Made by a program: the position numbers and the translations under genes. The notes under the pieces were generated by a model, which worked only from the letters and a program-made list of their open reading frames with translations, had not been told where the DNA came from and ran no database searches. From the IMG/VR virus record IMGVR_UViG_3300024239_000011, positions 80,303-144,302 of that record: a DNA stretch of 64,000 nucleotides; one strand, given 5' to 3'. Positions 25,300-35,673 of the stretch are shown in pieces. The DNA is from a virus. Within the stretch, counting starts at the first letter, position 1; each line of letters starts with the position of its first letter.

Positions 25300-26121
25300 T
25301 TATTGATGCGCCACTACCTTCGAAATCGCTTCTTTGATTATACTCAAATCACCGTAAGCGATTTTTACCTTAGTTCTAATGTACTCCATTTTCTCGTGAT
25401 CCTGTTGCATGACCAGATGGTTCTTCGGATCAAGATATAAGTCAAAATCTGGCAAATAAAAATCTGGAAAATATAGATGTTTAATAGCTCGGTTGTCATG
25501 CCATTCTATGGGTTTCGGGCGTATCCATTTGATTCCCATGGTATCAAGCAATGATGCAATTTCCAGTTCCCACGTACTCTGCAATTTTATTACTTTGTTT
25601 TGGTAGCGATTGAAATAACAAATGACCTTCGCCCCTAATGTTGGCTTGCTATTATTTCTCAATGCGACGATACAAGCCATTCCCCCACATGTCTTTCGTT
25701 GTTTTAATGCATCCTTGCCACAAATAGGACAGTGTTTAGCAGGGGTTTGTTGCTTTGAACACCCGATAGCATCCAATGCAGCATGCCACGACCCGAAAAC
25801 ACTCACGTAATGACAATAATGCGGATATTTCAACCCGTCAAACATAGTGCTGGTTGGTATTGTCCCGGTTTCATCTGCATATCGTCGTAATTCTGATAGC
25901 AAAACATCATTGGAATGTTTTGTTCCTTTATTATTACCAAACTTAACAATAGGCAGACCAGCTTCGGTCAATGCACTATTCCAATTTCCGAACACATTCT
26001 TATAAGTGTTGGAACCAAATAGATAACCCTCAGGCTTGGGGCGAAAATCCCTTTCACGGGGCACCCTTCCAAATTCCTTGTAAAAACGTTGCAACTCTGC
26101 TAACATGATCTCTCTAGACAT
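25300..26121 (-). CDS. homing-endonuclease-like protein: N-terminal helix-turn-helix repeats plus C-terminal PD-(D/E)xK-like nuclease motif
   Basis: repeated F..G.W..ALTEAGL-type repeats; C-terminal W.LE...L...GIKW....YFPDFYLPDFDLYLD. Confidence 0.55.
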   Translation of the reverse strand: MSREIMLAELQRFYKEFGRVPRERDFRPKPEGYLFGSNTYKNVFGNWNSALTEAGLPIVKFGNNKGTKHSNDVLLSELRRYADETGTIPTSTMFDGLKYPHYCHYVSVFGSWHAALDAIGCSKQQTPAKHCPICGKDALKQRKTCGGMACIVALRNNSKPTLGAKVICYFNRYQNKVIKLQSTWELEIASLLDTMGIKWIRPKPIEWHDNRAIKHLYFPDFYLPDFDLYLDPKNHLVMQQDHEKMEYIRTKVKIAYGDLSIIKEAISKVVAHQ

Positions 26122-26352
26122 ATGAAACCTCGTTTTGGCGCGTTCCTAATAGTATTTAGCAGACACCACAAGAAACGCGCCAAAACAGCGCAAAATGTTA
26201 TTGATGCACCACATTTTGCTGGGTGCTCAAACATATCAGCACTGGAAACCAGAGGGTGGGCTACCACCATCGCTGTGAGTTACGCGCCTACGCACGCTCT
26301 CACTCCCTACCAGATACCTAGCTTTCCCCTCTCGGGTACCGGCTTTACAAAA

Positions 26353-26410
26353 CAAAAAGCCCCGCTCCACTTTGCCTTTTTTGGCTTCGCGGAGCGGGGC
26401 TTTGTTTTAG
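26353..26410. terminator. long GC hairpin with flanking T tracts (probable bidirectional terminator)
   Basis: GCCCCGCTCC ... GGAGCGGGGC then TTTGTTTT. Confidence 0.5.
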
Positions 26411-26925
26411 CCCTTTTTGGAGTAGTTGGATCAGATTTCTTTGATCCTTCCTTCTCCGTTCGCTCCATCAGCCGTTCCGCGCTTATTTGCAACGGTGGCG
26501 ACAGTAAACCAACGACCACGACCGCGACCGCACACGGCGGCGGCGATAATCGTCGCTTTCCGCATATTGGTGGTGGTCATGGTGGCGAACATTGAAGGCA
26601 AACTCCTAAATCTCGTTGAGCGAGGACATGTGTCCGTCGCGTTGATGGGGTCAATCTAATGGCTTTGATCACCCCCGTCAACATTTATTTAGCACGGAAC
26701 GCATTTTTTGTGTCCAAAATACATAACCAATTGAAAAATAAGTATTTTTGATAGCTATCTTCTGTGGTTTAAACCGATACTTCAAAATTTTTTGAGGTCT
26801 TTTACCCAGAAAATGATGCTGACCCTCCATAATGAAAGTTCGGCATACCCATCGTCTGTAAGATAACCCCTCAGAAGTAGTCCGCCAAGGTGACTAAATA
26901 TTCGATCAACCATAGGGGGTTCACT

Positions 26926-27747
26926 ATGTCATATGTTCCACGGGAGGCAGTTGCTTCCGATGTTGAAAAATACGCCGACCAAACAGGTGTGCTGCGCATT
27001 TCTACGTTGTCGGATAATGATGCTGACACGTTTATTAAACTCGAAACTACAACGGATGACGATTTCATCCGCGTGTCTACGGCGGGTACGGAACGGCTTG
27101 TATTGGACAATACCGGTACACTGACCATTAAGACGGCAACGGTATCCGCCACTGATGCGACCACCGTCAACTTAGCAACCAGCGCATCCAATACAACGGT
27201 CAACATTGGTACTGGTGCTGGTTCTAATACAATTACATTGGGTGGTAGTGCGAGCGTGATTGTACTCGGGTCAACCCCAACGGCATCGAGCCATGCGGCC
27301 AACCGTGGTTATGTCGATTCCCAGATCAGTGGATTATCCAGCACCTATCTTGGACTCGCGGGTGGTACCCTTACCGGCGCCCTTACCTTACATGCCGATC
27401 CATCTTCAAACCTTCATGCCGCAACGAAGCAGTATGTGGACAGTTATGTAGGAACGAACAAGGTGGTAGTGACTAGTGGTTCCAGTTCAACCGTTGCCAC
27501 TAATACCGACATTCTCATCATCAATAAAGGTACTGGTGGTGCCCATACAGTTGTATTACCAGCCGGGGCATCATTCACGCGCAAAACCCTTATTATCAAA
27601 GACGGTAAAGGGGACGCGGGTACCAATCCCATAACCATTGATGCGAATGAAAATGAGACAATTGATGGGTCTGCTACCAAAATTATCGATGCAAATTACA
27701 TGGCGCTTACCCTTACGTGGAATGGCACCGAATGGAACATTGTTTGA
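26926..27747 (+). CDS. phage tail fibre protein
   Basis: AGGGGG RBS; Ser/Thr/Gly-rich repeats, ANRGYVDSQI and LGLAGGTLTGALTL motifs. Confidence 0.75.
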   Translation: MSYVPREAVASDVEKYADQTGVLRISTLSDNDADTFIKLETTTDDDFIRVSTAGTERLVLDNTGTLTIKTATVSATDATTVNLATSASNTTVNIGTGAGSNTITLGGSASVIVLGSTPTASSHAANRGYVDSQISGLSSTYLGLAGGTLTGALTLHADPSSNLHAATKQYVDSYVGTNKVVVTSGSSSTVATNTDILIINKGTGGAHTVVLPAGASFTRKTLIIKDGKGDAGTNPITIDANENETIDGSATKIIDANYMALTLTWNGTEWNIV

Positions 27748-27759
27748 TAAGGGGCTACA

Positions 27760-28290
27760 ATGACATATCTTTCAACAGATAATATAGTCGATAAGGCATA
27801 TCGCCCTTTCATCGCCCTAAGTCTTCAAACGGATTTGGCGATGAATAGATCAACCCCCACCGAAATTACCTGGGATCGTGCAGACTATGTGTGTGACGTA
27901 TACACATTCACCCTTGGGCAATCCGGGATCACAATCAACGTGGACGGATGGTATCATCTGACAGCGGAAATCAGCCTAAAACTGCTGAACAATTCCGCAA
28001 CCACATCTGTCATTGCCATTTTCCAAAACAACACCCAGGTGGGAAACAGCCTATCCTTTGGTTACCACACCAACAAATCCAACGGAACCAGCACCCTTAC
28101 CGTAGAAGGGACCGTACAAGCATTAGCTAATGATGTTCTGGATGTTCGCGGCTGGAATTACGCGGGTTCTGGCAATCTCTCGACCGTTGCGTCCGGGTGC
28201 CGTATGCGCATCGAACAAATGTTGGATAGTCCGTACAAATCCAACTACCTGTGGCGTGTCACCAATTTAAAAAGCGGCAAAGGGGTCTGA
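27760..28290 (+). CDS. tail-fibre-associated beta-sandwich protein (receptor-binding-tip-like)
   Basis: immediately downstream of fibre gene; no named motif. Confidence 0.45.
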   Translation: MTYLSTDNIVDKAYRPFIALSLQTDLAMNRSTPTEITWDRADYVCDVYTFTLGQSGITINVDGWYHLTAEISLKLLNNSATTSVIAIFQNNTQVGNSLSFGYHTNKSNGTSTLTVEGTVQALANDVLDVRGWNYAGSGNLSTVASGCRMRIEQMLDSPYKSNYLWRVTNLKSGKGV

Positions 28291-28291
28291 T

Positions 28292-28951
28292 ATGCCGAAA
28301 CCAACATATACGCCAGTCCCCACAAACCAATTCGTTCATGCTGACTGGAATAACCAACGAATTATCATTGGTCCAATCTCTCTTCCTGCAAATATGACCG
28401 TTGCCGGGAAATCATGGAAGTTGAAAGACAAGAACGTTGCCGAACTGGCTCAGATGCAATGGTATCCATTCGTCTACACGAACAGTCCGCCGATCATTCC
28501 ATATGAGGTTTACACTAATATCGACCTGAAATGGCGAAACGGGCAAGTGGAGGCGACTTTCGTCAAACAGCAAATTCCACTCGAAACGGCCAAAGGCTAT
28601 CGACGTGATGAAGTCAATTCACGGCGTGAAGAATTGCTGAAGGCTGGCATCGTTTTCCAGGGAAATACGTTCGATACCGATGATCGTTCCATCCAAAACA
28701 TCATGGGCGTGAATACCCGTATTGCGCTGGGAATGGTATTGCCTGCGGGGTTCACATGGCGTAGCGCCAACAACCTTGATGTGCCCATGGATAACGTCAA
28801 GATTCTCGCGTTGGGCGCCTCAATGGCGCATTGGACTGACGCGATCTACAATGCGTCATGGACGCATAAACGTGCCATCGACGCACTGACCACGGTCGAT
28901 GCGGTGATCAACTACGACACCGATACTGGGTGGGTATCAAACGTGTACTAA
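28292..28951 (+). CDS. tail fibre assembly / chaperone-like protein (DUF4376-like C-terminal region)
   Basis: GNTFDTDDRSIQNIMG...WRSANN..V.M...ILALG.SMAHW motif pattern; overlapping stop/start with upstream gene. Confidence 0.5.
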   Translation: MPKPTYTPVPTNQFVHADWNNQRIIIGPISLPANMTVAGKSWKLKDKNVAELAQMQWYPFVYTNSPPIIPYEVYTNIDLKWRNGQVEATFVKQQIPLETAKGYRRDEVNSRREELLKAGIVFQGNTFDTDDRSIQNIMGVNTRIALGMVLPAGFTWRSANNLDVPMDNVKILALGASMAHWTDAIYNASWTHKRAIDALTTVDAVINYDTDTGWVSNVY

Positions 28952-28959
28952 AAGCAAAA

Positions 28960-28990
28960 CCCCCTGGTTGTTAGCCAGGGGGTTTTGGTT
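28960..28990 (+). terminator. intrinsic terminator
   Basis: CCCCCTGG-ttgttag-CCAGGGGG then TTTTGGTTT. Confidence 0.8.
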
Positions 28991-30246
28991 TAGATTTCCA
29001 CGGCGTGAGATTACCGCCATGAAGGATGGGTCTTTGGAACCGTACCGCGTAGCTTGCGACCAGCGTTAATTCCTAACATCCATGGGCTTTTGACCCATAT
29101 CCCACCAGAGCCGCTTTTTTTAGCGAGTAGCTTATCTCGCGTCGTTGGTGATTACTCGGTGTCTCTTCCACAGAGATAGGTCAGCTAAACCCACCAATGC
29201 AGCGCCCACACCAAACTGCTTCGCTTTGCGGGCTAGGCAGCACCTCCTTCCTTACGGGGAGGCGTTAGGCTCCTTCTCATCACCAACCGGGACAGGCTTT
29301 TGCGTTTTTGCATATCAAAGCCATGATTGATGCCGGATTCTCACCCGGCGGGCACCCTATCAGTGACGTGCTGTCCCAGTCCCTCCATGAGTTTTTGACC
29401 CACAGAATTATAGACACGCCACGTACTTTTCTGCTTGCAAGCATACTCAGCGGTTTTTCAAGTTCCAGTCCCCACGGGCATTACGCTTAGGGTCCAGCAA
29501 CTTTCAAACTGTCTTTCGCCCTTGGCTGCGAACCTCGGACTACGGCAGTAATGTACCATATTACCAGTCTCGGCACCACCCGTTAGCTGGAACATCCTCA
29601 TTGGGTTGGTAGCCCTCCGAAGATGTTGTCTATGACACAAAACGTCCACAGACTATCCCTTAGTCTTCCACTTGGACTGGTTTTGCCATGGAGGGGTTCG
29701 TCACCCTCTTCCCTGATCGCCCTTTCTGTTCTCACCTCTCGGCGGAACTCGGATTGAACAGAGTTCGTTCCCATGCCGTCGTCAGTTTTATTCACCGCCT
29801 GCTCTCGCAACCGATGACCACCCTCTCGGGTGAGACTGGGACTTGCTTAGATGAACCGTATTGCTACGGCGGGGTTATCGTAGGGATTTCCGCCTTTACA
29901 CGAGTTGCCTCGTGCTATTCTTATGGACGCCAAGCCGCCCAATCTATCGATTAACAAATTCAAAGAGCAAGCTGAGTTAATCTACCCAGCTAAACCAGCC
30001 TTTCGACCGGCGAGGCACGGTTTATACCGTTCCTCTTTTTCTTCGTCAACAACTATTTTCGTTCGTCGCGATTTTTATTTCGCTTCGTCCCGAGCGTTCG
30101 TTGTCGCCGTCGAAGTGAGGTGTTTATATCTTTCCTCATGGGAACCGTCAACACCTTTTTCCATAATAATGCGATTTTTATCCGGTCGTATTGACCGTTT
30201 GGTTTTACAACGCTACAATGTATTGAAACTATACAAGGTTTATATC

Positions 30247-30489
30247 ATGACCACACATTGTCATTATCAGCAAGTCGTTGTTGACCCTGGCGGCAATCCG
30301 CGCACGGTTCTCGCCCTCGACAGCTTCGCGATGGATGAAATTCGGCGTGGGCTGGAACTGGTCGCCCGTGAGAAAACGGGAGGCACCACCGATGCCAAGC
30401 GAAACACCCTGCTGGGCGAGTTCAACATCGCCATGGGTCAATCGGAAACCGAACTTCGTCGGTTGCCCCGGAATTCGGACGAGGAATAA
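30247..30489 (+). CDS. hypothetical small protein
   Basis: 81-aa ORF; weak RBS. Confidence 0.3.
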   Translation: MTTHCHYQQVVVDPGGNPRTVLALDSFAMDEIRRGLELVAREKTGGTTDAKRNTLLGEFNIAMGQSETELRRLPRNSDEE

Positions 30490-30493
30490 AAAA

Positions 30494-30520
30494 GGGCGCC
30501 GAAAGGCGCCCTTTTCTTTT
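30494..30520. terminator. bidirectional intrinsic terminator
   Basis: AAAAAAGGGCGCC-gaaa-GGCGCCCTTTTCTTTT. Confidence 0.8.
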
Positions 30521-30536
30521 ACCGGGGAATGGTCGC

Positions 30537-30989
30537 TTACGCGGTGACCATTTCCTTGGCGATCCGGCTGGCGGTCGCGTTGTCGAACTGACCAGCATAC
30601 TGGGAATTCAACGCACCCATGATCTTGCCCATGGACTTCTGTTCCTTGGGAAGGTTCTGCTCGCTGATGATCTGGGTGACCAGTTCACGAATCTTGTCCT
30701 CGGACATCTGCGGGGGTAGGAAGGTTTCGAGGATAACCGCTTCAGCTTCACAGACAGCCGCTTCGTCGGCACGACCAAGGTTCGCATAGCCAGCGCCAGT
30801 CTCACGCTTCTGACCGACGTTCTTCTTGATCGTGGCGATCACATCCAGATCAGTCGGCTCCTTGCGCTCCTTACCGGAAGTCATGGCAGTATTCACATCC
30901 GAAATGACCTGACGGATCAACCCCAGCTTCACGGAGTCTTTGGCGCGCATAGCATCCTTCATAGATGCCTTCAAAGTCTCCATCAATGC
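30537..30989 (-). CDS. yqeY: GatB/YqeY-domain protein
   Basis: LIRQVISDV...GKERKEPTDLDVIATIKKNVGQKRE...MGKIMGALNSQYAGQFDNATASRIAKEM; ATG chosen at MSALMETLKA. Confidence 0.7.
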   Translation of the reverse strand, partial: ALMETLKASMKDAMRAKDSVKLGLIRQVISDVNTAMTSGKERKEPTDLDVIATIKKNVGQKRETGAGYANLGRADEAAVCEAEAVILETFLPPQMSEDKIRELVTQIISEQNLPKEQKSMGKIMGALNSQYAGQFDNATASRIAKEMVTA

Positions 30990-31098
30990 GCTCATGACAC
31001 TATACTCCCTTCCAAATGTGCGCGGACAATACACGCCGTGATCGCATTTGGCAAGAAAATATTGTGTAACTGATTGGGTCATCTTTACGAAAAGAAAA

Positions 31099-31123
31099 GG
31101 GGGCGCAAGTGCGCCCCCTTTAT
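31099..31123. terminator. intrinsic terminator downstream of flotillin operon
   Basis: GGGGGCGCA-agt-GCGCCCCC then TTT. Confidence 0.75.
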
Positions 31124-31138
31124 GAAGGTCAACCAACC

Positions 31139-32815
31139 CTATTCCTCATTATCGTCCGACATGTCTCCGTCCACATCATCAACGAATTCATCGGTGAGTA
31201 GGGAAGAAGCACCAGTAACGCTGCTGATATCCATACCAATTTGCTTGGCAAGGGCATCAACTGCCGGGCTTTGCAGGCGGAAATTCAAAAGACCATCGAT
31301 CACCTGATTGGCGACGCTACCACCGGTAGCCGTAGGCTTACCATCAGTGCCGGTCATCACGCCACCGACACCGCCCAAACCGGACAACATGTGGACGCGC
31401 ACGCCTTCGATGTTCTCAAGCGGCTTAACCATCTGTTCGAGAATGCTGGGCATCTGCTCGATAGCGGTCAGGCGGACGCGGTTGGACAGAACCTTGATGT
31501 CCAGAGTATTTTCGGCTTCGTTCAAAGCACGACGACCAGCAGCTTCAACTTCAAAGTCCTTCGCTTTGGCTTCCGCTTTGATCTGAATGGTTTCGGCTTC
31601 GGCTTCCGCCTCGATAATCAATGCAGCAGCGCGATCTTCTGCCGCAGCCTTTTCAGCAGCGGCAGCGACCTTGATACCCACGGCATCCTGTTCGGCTACC
31701 TTGGTCGCTTCGATCACGGCGATGTTCTTGTTACGCTCGGCAATCGCAGTTTCCTTGGCGGTAACCACCGCTTCTTCTGCGGCGACCGCAGAAGCTCGTG
31801 CCTTGGCAGCATCCGCTTGTGCCTTCGAGTTCTCTTCAGACTTCTTGGCGATGGCGATCTTCTGATCCTGCTGGGCGAGTTCAATTGCCTTGGCGGCGTC
31901 GATCTCGTTTTCCTTCACCTTCTGGTTCTTGGCAATACGGGCTGCCTCAGTTGCCTGCTCAGCCGTAATACGGGCAATTTCAGCGGCACGGTTCTGCTCG
32001 GCTTCCTGCTCAGCAATCACACGCTGCTGTTCCGCACGACGGGTGGCAACTTCCCGTTCTTGTGCCATCTGCGCATACTCTTGTTCACGAGAAATTTCCA
32101 AGCTGCGCTGATTGGCTTTGAGGTTTTCTTCCTCAATCGCAACACGGGTTTTCGCCTGGATTTCGTTGCGCTGCCGATTTTTTTCTTCGGTAATGGAAGT
32201 CAGCTTTGCCAAACCCTCAGCGTCAAACGCATTGTTCGGATTGAAAAATTCCGCAGGAGTCTGGTCAAGACCGGTCAATGAAACCGACTCAAGTTCCAGA
32301 CCATTCTTGGCAAGGTCTTCGGCAACCGTAGTCTGCACCCGCTGGACAAAAGTCACGCGGTTCTCATGGAGTTCCTGCATTTCCATCTGGGCAGCGACCG
32401 AACGCAGGGCGTCCACAAACTTACCTTCGACCAACGCCGACAATTCACGCGGCTCCATGGTACGGCGACCAAGGGTTTGAGCGGCAGTCGCAATACCGTC
32501 ACTATCAGGCTTCACCCGGACATAGAATTCCGCCATCACATCAACGCGCAGGCGATCCTTGGTAATCAAAGCTTCCTGGCGTTTACGCTCGACCTGAAGT
32601 CGAAGAGTTTGCATGTTCACGTCAATGACTTCGTGAAACATCGGGATCACAACGGCGCCGCCGTCCTTGACCACTTTCTGACCACCAGCACCGGTACGGA
32701 CAAATGCCCGTTCCTTAGTCGCACGGCGATAAAGCTTCATCAGCACCAGACCGAAGCCAATAAACCCAACAAACAACACACCAACAACCGTGGCAATAAA
32801 ACCCCAGTTCTCCAT
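31139..32815 (-). CDS. yqiK: flotillin-like SPFH/band-7 protein (YqiK family)
   Basis: N-terminal TM helix, SPFH domain, long Ala/Glu/Lys-rich coiled-coil flotillin region; antisense Ala-rich ORFs rejected. Confidence 0.85.
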   Translation of the reverse strand: MENWGFIATVVGVLFVGFIGFGLVLMKLYRRATKERAFVRTGAGGQKVVKDGGAVVIPMFHEVIDVNMQTLRLQVERKRQEALITKDRLRVDVMAEFYVRVKPDSDGIATAAQTLGRRTMEPRELSALVEGKFVDALRSVAAQMEMQELHENRVTFVQRVQTTVAEDLAKNGLELESVSLTGLDQTPAEFFNPNNAFDAEGLAKLTSITEEKNRQRNEIQAKTRVAIEEENLKANQRSLEISREQEYAQMAQEREVATRRAEQQRVIAEQEAEQNRAAEIARITAEQATEAARIAKNQKVKENEIDAAKAIELAQQDQKIAIAKKSEENSKAQADAAKARASAVAAEEAVVTAKETAIAERNKNIAVIEATKVAEQDAVGIKVAAAAEKAAAEDRAAALIIEAEAEAETIQIKAEAKAKDFEVEAAGRRALNEAENTLDIKVLSNRVRLTAIEQMPSILEQMVKPLENIEGVRVHMLSGLGGVGGVMTGTDGKPTATGGSVANQVIDGLLNFRLQSPAVDALAKQIGMDISSVTGASSLLTDEFVDDVDGDMSDDNEE

Positions 32816-32832
32816 AGAACTAACTCCTAAGA

Positions 32833-33459
32833 TTAGTATTTTTGAGCACGAAAGTGGTTTTCACCCAGACACTTAGTCAGGAGTATGCGTGACCCCTGCT
32901 CAATTTCGCCGTCATTGGGTTCCACTCGCAGATAGTGAACTTGACCATACTGATCTGTACATTTGGCTTCCGCCGGAAACCCCGGACGTGCAGTTCCAAT
33001 GGTAATCCAAGCTTCTCCACCAACGAAATCACGGATGGTCACTGCACTGGTGATTTCTTTTGGAAAGATTCGCGCGGTAATCACGCAGATAATCTTCGCC
33101 GGGACAACTGCAACCGGAACCACCAACAACCCGGCGATCCACACCGGAACCATTCCCCCGAAAATACCAGCGGCGATCCACTGAACAGTCCAACCGATCA
33201 ACCCGTAGCACATCATGAACGCCATCAGAATGATAAGGAACGGAACCTTACCGAAGTACATCCACCCAAGGAAATGAGTCAACACCCCAGCATCAACGTG
33301 AATATCAACATCCACATCAGCATCGGTATCCATCCCCGCAAATTCACCAACAGAGTGATCCACCGATAACCCGAATGCTTGGAGTACGGTGATCGCAAAC
33401 ATAAGTCCAATTGCAACCGTAAACGGCACAACCGAATCATTGGTAAAGAATTCAAACAT
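32833..33459 (-). CDS. yqiJ: NfeD-like membrane protein (YqiJ family)
   Basis: multiple TM helices then C-terminal beta domain; directly upstream of flotillin gene. Confidence 0.65.
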   Translation of the reverse strand: MFEFFTNDSVVPFTVAIGLMFAITVLQAFGLSVDHSVGEFAGMDTDADVDVDIHVDAGVLTHFLGWMYFGKVPFLIILMAFMMCYGLIGWTVQWIAAGIFGGMVPVWIAGLLVVPVAVVPAKIICVITARIFPKEITSAVTIRDFVGGEAWITIGTARPGFPAEAKCTDQYGQVHYLRVEPNDGEIEQGSRILLTKCLGENHFRAQKY

Positions 33460-33545
33460 GGCAAGTCCTTGGCCGGTGGTTTGTATCTTCTTATCCCATA
33501 ATCAACGGGCAGTCAAAGAAGAAAGAGAGGGGAATGTCCCCTCCC

Positions 33546-33971
33546 TTACCCCAACATACGCAGGATAAACGGAACGCTTGGGTCACGAACTTCAATGATT
33601 GCGTTCCACGGCACGAATACCGAAGTTGCAACCCCACTGAAGTAAATTACCACCGTGAACCCTTCATCAGAAATTTCCAGATCATGGAACTGGTTCTGAA
33701 GCACGATGACAGTTTCCCCACGCAAATGAAGGGGGAACCCCGATACCCCGAAAATCGTGGTATCGAGGGTGATGTAGAAATGGTGTCCGTGATCATCAAC
33801 ATTAGGATCATCACGGAAATTGGATAAGACCTCACGAATCATCCGAATGTTTGCAAGATGGTGTTCTCGCCGGAAGATACCGTCGTAATCAAATGCAGTG
33901 GGACTGTTCCCGGTCGCCGCTGATTTGTCTACCTGGGATTTTTTACCAGGGAAATGAATTACGTTTGTCAT
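33546..33971 (-). CDS. sspB: SspB-like (ClpXP adaptor fold) protein
   Basis: GETVIVLQNQFHDLEISDEGFTVVIYFSGV...VFVPWNAIIEV parallels the SspB core; ATGA overlap with upstream NTase gene. Confidence 0.5.
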   Translation of the reverse strand: MTNVIHFPGKKSQVDKSAATGNSPTAFDYDGIFRREHHLANIRMIREVLSNFRDDPNVDDHGHHFYITLDTTIFGVSGFPLHLRGETVIVLQNQFHDLEISDEGFTVVIYFSGVATSVFVPWNAIIEVRDPSVPFILRMLG

Positions 33972-35137
33972 CAGTCAATCAACTGGATTGTTTTCGAGGA
34001 TGGCTTGGGCTTGATCTTGGTAGGTTCCAAATCTTTTTCGGAGGGGTCTACCACACGGGTCACCAGGGCACGCTTGAGACGGACGACGCCACCTTCTTCA
34101 AGGATGATGTCGTTAACACATCCCGGCTTCAATTCAATTACTACAGCCTTGTCGCGATAGGTGCAATAATCAAACGCCTGTTTAATCGTCTGCTTGGCGT
34201 AGATGTATGGGTCACCAGACTGCACGTATTCACCAACTACATACTTAAATGTTGGTTTGTACATCGAGACTAGCTCATCGCCATTACGATAGACCTTCTT
34301 GAAGAACACACGATCCTTAAAGATTTCACCAACATCAACCATCTTACCATTTACTGGGCGGCAAGGAACCGGCTCATAGTCATCGCTATCCGTATAGACC
34401 CGTGCATAGAACTTTCCGTTCAGTTGATAATACTCGATCTCACGTTTACCAACTGCGAGAATGACTTCTTCTGCGCTCCCTACAGGGGATTTAGTCGGAA
34501 AAGTCAGACGGTCGTTCATTGCAGCAAACATGTTCTCTATTGAGAACGGGGTATCTTCAGGTACCCGCACCGCCTCGCCGTAAATACCGCCAATCTGATC
34601 AACCAGTTCATCCCATGAATTGATTGGTTTCAGCGCACAAGCCGCCAGGATTTTGAAGTTCTCAAACTTACCAATGGTGTATCCACGTTCCTTGTACTTG
34701 TTTACACGCCATGCGGACGCATACGGGAACCGTGTCTTCGGGTTAAAACGAAGAACTCGCTGACAGCAATCTTCCAAAAAATCGTCGTGGAGAACGAATT
34801 TCTTGGTATCAACGTCATATGCCCCCATGCACACCGTAAAGTCGAAACATTCAAAAATTTTCTCAGCAGTTTCGAACGTATCAAAATGCATGATTTGGAT
34901 CGGGATATCATCGCCCTGCACAAATGTCACGGCACGTTCCGAAACATCGGCACAAAAGTACCCGCTCTCGAACATCAAATGTACTAAATCCTCAAACGCC
35001 GCTTCCGTTTTCGGATATACATCGATGTCGTTGATTGGTTTGTTCGTATATATGGAGGTAATTGAGCCACCCGCAATAAAGCAATCTTTGGCTTCCTTGG
35101 GGAGATACCCGGCTATCATCGTTGCCTTTGTCATCAC
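33971..35137 (-). CDS. tRNA nucleotidyltransferase / poly(A) polymerase family (Pol-beta superfamily) enzyme
   Basis: head-domain motifs GGS-x12-DIDVY and FECFDFTVCMGAYDV (RRDFTINA-like) then RVLRF. Confidence 0.65.
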   Translation of the reverse strand: MMTKATMIAGYLPKEAKDCFIAGGSITSIYTNKPINDIDVYPKTEAAFEDLVHLMFESGYFCADVSERAVTFVQGDDIPIQIMHFDTFETAEKIFECFDFTVCMGAYDVDTKKFVLHDDFLEDCCQRVLRFNPKTRFPYASAWRVNKYKERGYTIGKFENFKILAACALKPINSWDELVDQIGGIYGEAVRVPEDTPFSIENMFAAMNDRLTFPTKSPVGSAEEVILAVGKREIEYYQLNGKFYARVYTDSDDYEPVPCRPVNGKMVDVGEIFKDRVFFKKVYRNGDELVSMYKPTFKYVVGEYVQSGDPYIYAKQTIKQAFDYCTYRDKAVVIELKPGCVNDIILEEGGVVRLKRALVTRVVDPSEKDLEPTKIKPKPSSKTIQLID

Positions 35138-35247
35138 ACGACCTATGTTTTGTACGGTTGAGTGATTCTTAGGTTATCCAATGCATAACGGTCAAAATTT
35201 CTTTTACATAGAAAACAAGGCATAAATACTATCTGAAAGGATTTCAG

Positions 35248-35574
35248 ATGAACAAATACGAGAGGTTGAAGCAAGACCTCGACACAAATGGCACCGGTAC
35301 CATGAAATGTTTCGGATCATCCATGCTTCCAATTCTTACCAATGGAACTACAAACACTTACGTTCGGGAAAATGAGTACAAAATTGGTGATATTGTATTC
35401 TGTAAAGTTAATGGAAGATATATAGACGCCCACAAGATAACAAAAAAAGCCGCTGATGGGAGATACATGATTGCGAACAATAACGGTCATGAAAATGGAT
35501 GGACCAGAACCATTTATGGCAGAGTAATCAAAGCGGTCGATAATCACGGAAACGTGAAAGAATTCACCCGGTAG
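35248..35574 (+). CDS. S24/S26-type peptidase-fold small protein
   Basis: GSSMLPIL motif. Confidence 0.45.
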   Translation: MNKYERLKQDLDTNGTGTMKCFGSSMLPILTNGTTNTYVRENEYKIGDIVFCKVNGRYIDAHKITKKAADGRYMIANNNGHENGWTRTIYGRVIKAVDNHGNVKEFTR

Positions 35575-35594
35575 GCGCCCTACGGCGCCTTTTT
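35574..35594 (+). terminator. intrinsic terminator
   Basis: GGCGCCCTACGGCGCC then TTTTT. Confidence 0.75.
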
Positions 35595-35673
35595 CATTTT
35601 ATACGCACTCGAAAAGTTTTAATGAGATCGGGTATCCACTCCGCATTCTCAAAATCATCAAAATCCCGAGAAA

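Noticed and set aside
28990-30240. Possible rRNA fragment, RNase P RNA or tmRNA in the ORF-poor region
   Set aside because: None of the universally conserved blocks I can recall (RNase P GGAAAGTCCGGGC..., tmRNA GGGGCTGATTCTGG... and ...ANDENYALAA tag, 16S/23S cores) are present on either strand.
31241-32480. Plus-strand ORFs (346 aa and several Ala/Ser-rich ones) antisense to the flotillin gene
   Set aside because: Low-complexity mirror-frame products of the Ala/Glu/Lys-rich coiled-coil coding region; the minus-strand SPFH protein is clearly the real gene.
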